Assembly: GCA_050291745.1 (NCBI GenBank)
Contig: JBNKKI010000120.1
Location: 4,397 to 68,396 of the forward strand
From: Gammaproteobacteria bacterium
Lineage (GTDB): Bacteria > Pseudomonadota > Gammaproteobacteria > GCA-001735895
Length of the DNA stretch: 64,000 nucleotides
Reading direction: 5' to 3'
Under the pieces are notes generated by a model. The model made no database searches and was not told where the DNA came from. It saw nothing but the letters and a program-made list of their open reading frames with translations. Each line of letters starts with the position of its first letter. Within the stretch, counting starts at the first letter, position 1. Made by a program: the position numbers and the translations under genes. Shown in pieces: positions 58,197 to 64,000 of this stretch.

Positions 58197-58330
58197 TTAA
58201 ACCTAGAAAAATCAGTTGAATCATGAAAGTCTACGTAACACCTTAATGCAGCTGATAAAATCAAAAACACGCTCTTCACCAATCAGGTGACTTCGGTGTT
58301 TTTGATTTCTCGGCAATTGCTCCTGCATTA
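58197..58330. mobile_element. MITE family 2, truncated copy (about 130 bp)
   Basis: It starts acctagaaaaatcagttgaatcatgaaagtctacgtaacaccttaatgca... identical in pattern to the 54171 copy, but lacks the right half. Confidence 0.55.
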
Positions 58331-58389
58331 TGCATATTCTAGCGATCATGAACACCCGATTTCTACGCATTGGGCTGATTTGTTTTTTA

Positions 58390-58790
58390 CCTCAAGTGTT
58401 CACGATCAGTCAATGATTCCGTATTTTTTTCTCTTCGATTCGCCTTTTAATTTAGTTCTATGAGCGTTGTGCATAAGTCGATCAAGGCTGGCGTCAGCCA
58501 GGGTGTTATCACCGATTGATACCATTGATCAGTGGATAATTGACTGATCATCAGCATTGATGAGCTGTTATGTAGATCATCCATAAGTTCCATCAGGTCA
58601 TTCCTCTGAGGGCTTTTAACGGTTCCAGCCCCCAGTCATCCATGATCAGCAAACCCAGTTTGGAGAGCGCCTGGAGCGCTTTGCTGTAACTCCCATCGGC
58701 CTTACTCTCTGAGTCAGTGCGATCAGTAGGCGTGATAAGCGGTAAGTAACCGGTCATTTTGGGACGTAGTTCCAGGATGACCAGTTACTT
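58390..58790 (-). pseudogene. IS21-family istB (helper ATPase) 3' remnant, frameshifted
   Basis: The minus strand translates, in shifted frames, to ...LLIMDDWGLEPL... (the IstB Walker B region LLILDDFG) and GDNTLADASLDRLMHNAHRTKLKGESKR (IstB C-terminus GD.[26 protein letters not shown]). No intact ORF is present. Confidence 0.4.
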
Positions 58791-58968
58791 CGCGCGTACG
58801 CTTTTATTATTACAGAGGAAATCTGGGGCTTGTGTTAGAAACATGGCCTATAAAAGAGCGGTGAGCATGATATGCTTGTCCAATTTATCTGCCTGAAAGC
58901 CGTGATGATGCTAGCAGGTATCAATTTTTTTATGGCTGAGTAATTAAAAATTAAGCTTAGCTTAAACA

Positions 58969-60168
58969 TCATTTACTTGCTAGCGCCATAACTGTCTGAA
59001 TAGCAACTATTGTTGCGCTAATTTCTTCCTGGGTTAGTGTTGGGTGTACGAGAAACATTAAAGATGTTTCACCCAACTCTTTCGCAACAGGAAGCCTTTT
59101 GACAGGCCTAAAGCCTGTACCATCAAAAGCTTTTTCCAGGTAAACTTCGGAACAAGAGCCGGAGAAGCAAGGCACTCCCAATGCATTAATTTCACCCATT
59201 ATTCGATCTCTATTCCAACCCTCTTTTAAATCCTCCGGCTTAACAAAAACATAGCATTTATAGGCAGCATGTAATATATACGCTGGTAAAACTGGTACAC
59301 GTAAACCTGGGTACTTTTTTGCCGCCTCCCAAATTTGTTGCGCATTAGCTTGCCGTTTTGCAGACCATTCAGGCATTCGCCGTAATTGAATCCGACCAAT
59401 TGCCGACTGCATCTCAGTCAAACGCCAATTAGTCCCAAAAGTATCATGCAGCCATCTAAAACCAGGGGGATGCTCTCGATTATAAACTGCTTCCCATGAT
59501 TTCCCATGATCTTTATACGACCACATCTTAGACCAAAGCTCTTCGTCATTCGTCGTGACCATGCCGCCTTCGCCACCTGTAGTCATAATTTTATCCTGAC
59601 AAAATGACCAACACCCAATATGCCCAATAGACCCTACAGATTTTCCCATATACGTTGCACCATGAGCTTGTGCACAGTCTTCGATAACTTTTAAATTAAA
59701 CTGATCAGCGATAGCCATAACTTCATCCATTTCACATGGCCAACCTGCCAAGTGGACACAGATAATAGCTTTTGTATGAGCAGATAAAACTTCTCGAATT
59801 GAATCGGCAGAAATGTTCTGACTATCGGCATTAACATCAGCAAAAATTGGGACAGCCCCTGCTATTACTATTGAAGATACTGACGCAAGAAAGGTTCGAG
59901 ATGTAACCACGACCTCATCACCTTCACCCAGACCTAGAGCCTTCAGCGCTATATCTAATGCCACTGTACCGTTAGCCAAGGCGACTGCATATTCAGTCCC
60001 AGTCCAAGCGGCGAACTCAGATTCAAAATCACGACATTCTTTGCCTGTCCAGTAATTCACTTTATTGGATAGTAATATTTCGGAAACGGCATCAGCCTCT
60101 TCATTTGTATATGAAGGCCAAGATGAAAAACCGGGATTAGTCATAAATAAATTCCACTTCTGCAACAC
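58969..60168 (-). CDS. DegT/DnrJ/EryC1/StrS-family PLP-dependent sugar aminotransferase
   Basis: 399 aa, with the lysine-containing segment KAIICVHLAGWPCEMDEVMAIADQFNLKVIEDCAQAHGA typical of the family. The exact start is uncertain (60168 or 60144). Confidence 0.85.
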   Translation of the reverse strand: MLQKWNLFMTNPGFSSWPSYTNEEADAVSEILLSNKVNYWTGKECRDFESEFAAWTGTEYAVALANGTVALDIALKALGLGEGDEVVVTSRTFLASVSSIVIAGAVPIFADVNADSQNISADSIREVLSAHTKAIICVHLAGWPCEMDEVMAIADQFNLKVIEDCAQAHGATYMGKSVGSIGHIGCWSFCQDKIMTTGGEGGMVTTNDEELWSKMWSYKDHGKSWEAVYNREHPPGFRWLHDTFGTNWRLTEMQSAIGRIQLRRMPEWSAKRQANAQQIWEAAKKYPGLRVPVLPAYILHAAYKCYVFVKPEDLKEGWNRDRIMGEINALGVPCFSGSCSEVYLEKAFDGTGFRPVKRLPVAKELGETSLMFLVHPTLTQEEISATIVAIQTVMALASK

Positions 60169-60457
60169 TTATATGGTGGGATACTGTCAGACACAACAAT
60201 TATACCAAGTTGTAGCAACACCTCCTCGAACCTGTTCAGTTAAGTTATTCCACTTCTAAGTCAATACCAAAAATATATAAAGATTTACACTCACGGCACT
60301 TTAAATCCCTTAAAATCTGGGATCCAAAAGATATCAACTTCTTCTAATATTTACTATATAAAAAAGAAATTCTTATTTACCATTGTTTCTTTGTGCTTCA
60401 ATATTTAAAAATTTTTAAATATCAATTTACATCACACTATCGCAGTGTTCTATTGCT

Positions 60458-61129
60458 TCATCTAATACGTATTGGATTTACGATATATTTTCCTCGAGAT
60501 GATATCAAATGTAAGTCATTTACATTTGACCGAACACCTGCATGTGAATCCACAACACATCCATTACCAATAGAGACACCTGGATAAATAGTTGATCGAG
60601 TCCCTAGGAAGCAATTCAAACCTATTGAGGCACAACCATTTAATGCAGCGTATGGGGATAATATCGAGAAATCACCAACCATTGCCTCATGCCCCACACT
60701 ACAGTGGACATTTACAACCACACCTTTCGCCAGGTAAGCATGAGCGTTTATAATGGAGAATGGGCACACTATAACCCCCTCTGAAATCATAGCAGACTCA
60801 GAGACCATTGCTGACTCATGAATATAAGCAGGCATACAAACCCCTGCTTTCGAAAGTTTAGTAATTACAGCTTTTCGACTTTTTACAGATCCAATCGCAA
60901 CAACTACAGCCTGCGAAGCTGAATCTGGAATAAAATCATTTATCCCGCCAAGAATTGGTCCGGCCACAGATTCAGGTAACTGCACATCTCCATTGTCATC
61001 AATAAAACCTGCAACGGTTACCCCTCCTTGCTTCTCTTCCATTCTAAGATAATCATAGATTTCCAGGCCGAAACCACCAGCACCAGCTATCACAACAGAA
61101 GATATTTTTGATGAACTTATCAATGGCAT
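60458..61129 (-). CDS. NeuD/PglD-like sugar N-acetyl (acyl) transferase with hexapeptide repeats
   Basis: 223 aa. The N-terminal Rossmann-like SSVVIAGAGGFGLEIYDYL is followed by a left-handed beta-helix hexapeptide region. Confidence 0.65.
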   Translation of the reverse strand: MPLISSSKISSVVIAGAGGFGLEIYDYLRMEEKQGGVTVAGFIDDNGDVQLPESVAGPILGGINDFIPDSASQAVVVAIGSVKSRKAVITKLSKAGVCMPAYIHESAMVSESAMISEGVIVCPFSIINAHAYLAKGVVVNVHCSVGHEAMVGDFSILSPYAALNGCASIGLNCFLGTRSTIYPGVSIGNGCVVDSHAGVRSNVNDLHLISSRGKYIVNPIRIR

Positions 61130-61158
61130 TAAATTTCCTTTCTATACTCTTTGAATAA

Positions 61159-62385
61159 TCAACTAATTGTTATTTCACGCATAAATACTCGAATTAAGTC
61201 AAAGCCATCCCAGACTAGCGAAAAATCGAGGGCCCTGCCAAAAGGTACAAAACGATCAATACCAGAAAGAGATGATCGTTTAACGAACGCTTTCAATTCT
61301 TCCTGATCAAACCCTGAATACGAAACAGTCTGAACTTTTCGATTTAACACCCCACATATCTCATCCAAAGTATTTAGCCTTGACTCAAAAAACAAACCCG
61401 CTCCACAATGTTCATTTTCATGAAGAGATGGTTTTTCCATCCATATTCTGACCAAGTCGTTAGTCCCGCACTGTTTAACAGAAACTTCTTCTTCTATGGC
61501 TAAAACATCACTGGCAACCAGTTTATTTATATAATCCGCATCAATAAAACGGTCATGCTTTTCAGAAATAAATAGTTCAAATCGAGGCCAAAAATCTGCT
61601 TGAGATCGACCTACATCTGCACGACTACCGACCCATAGAAACATTCGAGGGGAAGAACAAGCCATTTGATCGAACCAGTAGGTATCATTATAGAATTGCT
61701 CGATTAACTCCTCTTTCTTCTCCTCATTAATTGACAGCCAAAAACTTGCCTTAAGAATTGCGAGCGAATATTTATTGGCAAATGCGACTTCTATTGAGGT
61801 AGCAGGTAGCGGAATTTTCCGAATCTCACCGACAGTATTATCACCACCCCAAATAACCCTGACATCACAGACTCCCGACAGTCTAGTTGTTAGTTGAGTA
61901 TCCGGTTTATATCGCAACAGAATTGTTCTCGAGGCAATTTCAACATGACCCTCATTAGTAAGCACCTGACTAATAGTCTGTAAAAGCAATTCAGTTTGGG
62001 GTGTAATTTTAGATGAAAGGCGAACTATATTCCTATTCCCAGAGAGTAAAGACAAAAACCACGAATATACAAAAATCGTATCTACATTAGAAGGTGAAAT
62101 ATGGAATACTGTTCCTCTCGGAACAAGAAGCATACCTGATGAAGACCGTTCAAACATATCTTGCAGTTTTAGCAGGTTTGCTCTCCTCATCCAAAAAGCC
62201 AAAGCTATGAGTTCTGGATAATCTCGAGACCGTGGGTTCCGCATTAGATTCGATGAGACCGCCCCCACAAAATTAAGTGATAACTCTGAAAAAGGTGATA
62301 ATGTCACCGAGTCCGAAAGTAGCTCGGGTGATGGTGAGTTCGATAGAAGTTCTTCATATTCAGACATCAGGACAAAACTCATCAA
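61159..62385 (-). CDS. LuxC-like acyl-CoA/acyl-protein reductase family protein
   Basis: 408 aa, immediately downstream of and translationally coupled to a LuxE-like gene. The luxE-luxC-type pairing is the main evidence and the motif-level match is weak. Confidence 0.5.
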   Translation of the reverse strand: MMSFVLMSEYEELLSNSPSPELLSDSVTLSPFSELSLNFVGAVSSNLMRNPRSRDYPELIALAFWMRRANLLKLQDMFERSSSGMLLVPRGTVFHISPSNVDTIFVYSWFLSLLSGNRNIVRLSSKITPQTELLLQTISQVLTNEGHVEIASRTILLRYKPDTQLTTRLSGVCDVRVIWGGDNTVGEIRKIPLPATSIEVAFANKYSLAILKASFWLSINEEKKEELIEQFYNDTYWFDQMACSSPRMFLWVGSRADVGRSQADFWPRFELFISEKHDRFIDADYINKLVASDVLAIEEEVSVKQCGTNDLVRIWMEKPSLHENEHCGAGLFFESRLNTLDEICGVLNRKVQTVSYSGFDQEELKAFVKRSSLSGIDRFVPFGRALDFSLVWDGFDLIRVFMREITIS

Positions 62386-63485
62386 TTCTGTTGTGAAAAA
62401 TCAGAGGCATGTGTATCACTACAACCACGCAACTCTGCTTTTGCTAAGCGACCATGAATATGAAATGTTTTGCCCAACCTGCCGCACGGGCAGTCATCTA
62501 TCCCAATCCATTCGCCAAGGTCTTCAGTCAATAAACTGTGCCCAGGATAACTGGATGGCAATACAGATAAAACTTGGACAACCCCTTTTTTTCCTTTGGG
62601 TAATACAGACCAATCTTGTGCATCACGAATTAACACCTCAGCATAAGATGGCGTATGCAATCGACCATGCTCACACTCCATAAAGATGGAACCAACCTGT
62701 TCCACCATCCCATAGAAATTATGAACCTGATTTATATTGAAGCATTCTGATAATGCACGCTTAAACTCCAGATTACCTACAGCCTCATCTTGTAGCTTTT
62801 TCCACCCACCGCTATGGATTAAGATTGCTTCTTCAAATTTTGGGGCAGATGGCAACTTGGCTAGAGCCTGGTAGAAATACTTCCAGACCATAAAAGTAAA
62901 ACCGAAAATAAAAATACGTTTGCCCTTATTTCGTTCTAAAAATGACTGTATAACATTTAGATCGGGGATCATATCTTCACCAGATAAAGCATAGGTATGA
63001 TCATAACCAAAATTCGACAAGCCAAGAATCCCAGCCCCTCGAGCGGAAAACGAGAGGCGGTTTTTAATAACTTCTGGATGATCAATTATTAGCATTGGCA
63101 ACCGAGACTTTCCTAAAAACTGCTGAAGAATCCGGACAAGAGCTTTTGTTTGCATCTTCGCCATTTCACGATCAAGAATAATGCGAGACACCTTCTGTGA
63201 TGTTGTACCCGATGAAGTCAGTACCTTGAATACCATTTCTGCCGGTACTGAACTCAGCTCATACTCTTTAAATAGCCTAACCGGAATAAATGGGATATTT
63301 TCCAAGCCCTGGTCGGAAGCAGTTTCATAACCATGTGCTTGTAATATTTTAGAATAGAGCTCACAGTTATTCTCATGATGTCTAGTAAGAATGTTGAGTT
63401 TTTTGGAAATTAACTGTGTCTTATCCTCGTTCGCAACACCATAAACCGGCCAGTTAAAAAAGTCTTGCTCTTGTAACAATGACAC
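62382..63485 (-). CDS. LuxE-like acyl-protein synthetase / acyl-adenylating family protein
   Basis: 367 aa. VLTSSGTTSQKVSRI matches Vibrio LuxE FTSSGTNGLKSQ, IHSGGWKK matches ITGGGWKS, and the C-terminal SYPGHSLLTEDLGEW matches AYPAFIVTDDIGIV. Confidence 0.6.
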   Translation of the reverse strand: MSLLQEQDFFNWPVYGVANEDKTQLISKKLNILTRHHENNCELYSKILQAHGYETASDQGLENIPFIPVRLFKEYELSSVPAEMVFKVLTSSGTTSQKVSRIILDREMAKMQTKALVRILQQFLGKSRLPMLIIDHPEVIKNRLSFSARGAGILGLSNFGYDHTYALSGEDMIPDLNVIQSFLERNKGKRIFIFGFTFMVWKYFYQALAKLPSAPKFEEAILIHSGGWKKLQDEAVGNLEFKRALSECFNINQVHNFYGMVEQVGSIFMECEHGRLHTPSYAEVLIRDAQDWSVLPKGKKGVVQVLSVLPSSYPGHSLLTEDLGEWIGIDDCPCGRLGKTFHIHGRLAKAELRGCSDTHASDFSQQN

Positions 63486-63488
63486 AGA

Positions 63489-64000
63489 CTAGATCCCCTC
63501 AGAAGGTAAAAACTGACTAAGCAAATCAGTGTATTTAATTTTACCTGAAGATGAGTGCGGAAAAGTATCAACTCTTTCTACTCGAATGGCAGAATGATGA
63601 AGGTGATATTTCGAAGTAACCGATAACATAAGCTTCTCTTCATCATCGACACTTGCAGTGATAACAGCAATAACCATCAAGTCATCTATCCCCGTCACCG
63701 CAACATCAAATCCTTTCTCTCGTAGATTACCCTCAACCTCATCCAGACTAATTCTATTACCGAATATTTTTATAAAACGCTTCAGTCTACCGGCAATAAA
63801 AAAATAGCCATCATGATCGCGCCAGGCCAGATCACCTGTAGACAACACACCATTTTGCGTATCAGGTAGAGCTAGATCCTTAACATTATTAGCATACCCC
63901 ATCATCACATTGGGCCCAGTGTAACGTAACTCCCCAACCTCACCAATTTCCTCGATTAGATTACCTTTTTCATCTACTAGCTCCAGAACCCCATCTGGTA
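63489..64000 (-). CDS. AMP-binding (adenylate-forming) enzyme, C-terminal part; the CDS continues beyond the window end
   Basis: The frame is open to position 64000 (...PDGVLELVDEKGNLIEEIGEVGELRYTGPNVMMGYANN... then GDLAWRDHDGYFFIAGRLKRFIKIFGNRISLDEVE), the classic C-terminal AMP-binding motifs. The listed ORF start at 63908 is a GTG and is internal. Confidence 0.7.
   Translation of the reverse strand, partial: PDGVLELVDEKGNLIEEIGEVGELRYTGPNVMMGYANNVKDLALPDTQNGVLSTGDLAWRDHDGYFFIAGRLKRFIKIFGNRISLDEVEGNLREKGFDVAVTGIDDLMVIAVITASVDDEEKLMLSVTSKYHLHHSAIRVERVDTFPHSSSGKIKYTDLLSQFLPSEGI

Overview
The window is a composite of three parts. (1) Positions 1 to about 14.7 kb are a strongly GC-rich mobile island (roughly 60-65% GC by eye, against about 35-42% for the rest). 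It is gene-dense and almost entirely on the minus strand. From left to right it carries a DnaG-like primase (partial, running off the window start), a RecD2-like helicase, an ERCC4-type nuclease, a DUF669/SSB-like protein ending in an SSB-type acidic tail, a Sak4-like ATPase, a Cas4-like PD-(D/E)XK exonuclease, a sigma-70/ECF-like sigma factor and several small ORFs. Near its end sits a compact three-gene operon: a LexA-like wHTH regulator, a 262-aa helical protein and a 700-aa three-domain protein whose centre is a QueC-like PP-loop ATPase. The island ends with a DUF2924 protein, a large serine recombinase and an HTH protein. The three-gene operon does not match canonical Qat, type IV CBASS or Dpd gene content and is the best candidate for an undescribed (defence-like) system. 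(2) The island abuts the 3' end of the host tmRNA gene (ssrA, minus strand, 14722..15097, tag ANDDNYALAA). (3) The remainder is AT-rich gammaproteobacterial core with largely Enterobacteriaceae-like synteny: purL, tldD, a C-N hydrolase, yhdP, rng, maf, rlmH, rsfS, nadD, proA, holA, lptE, leuS, lnt, corC/ybeX, ybeY, phoH/ybeZ and miaB. This synteny is interrupted by accessory insertions. One is a MITE-flanked four-gene cassette between holA and lptE (Sel1-repeat protein, secreted vWA protein, ABC ATPase, FtsX/MacB-type permease). Another is a Wzz-like gene between phoH and miaB. To the right of miaB lies a mosaic, partly very AT-rich polysaccharide-biosynthesis locus with CapD/WbpM-like, Stealth-family and Wzy-like genes, a Uma2 endonuclease with a pseudogenised paralog, an IS21 istB remnant, and DegT, NeuD-like, LuxC-like, LuxE-like and AMP-binding genes. 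Two related families of roughly 220-235-bp MITEs with CAGTTGA-containing inverted termini are scattered through the host intergenic regions. No rRNA, canonical tRNA or CRISPR array was seen.
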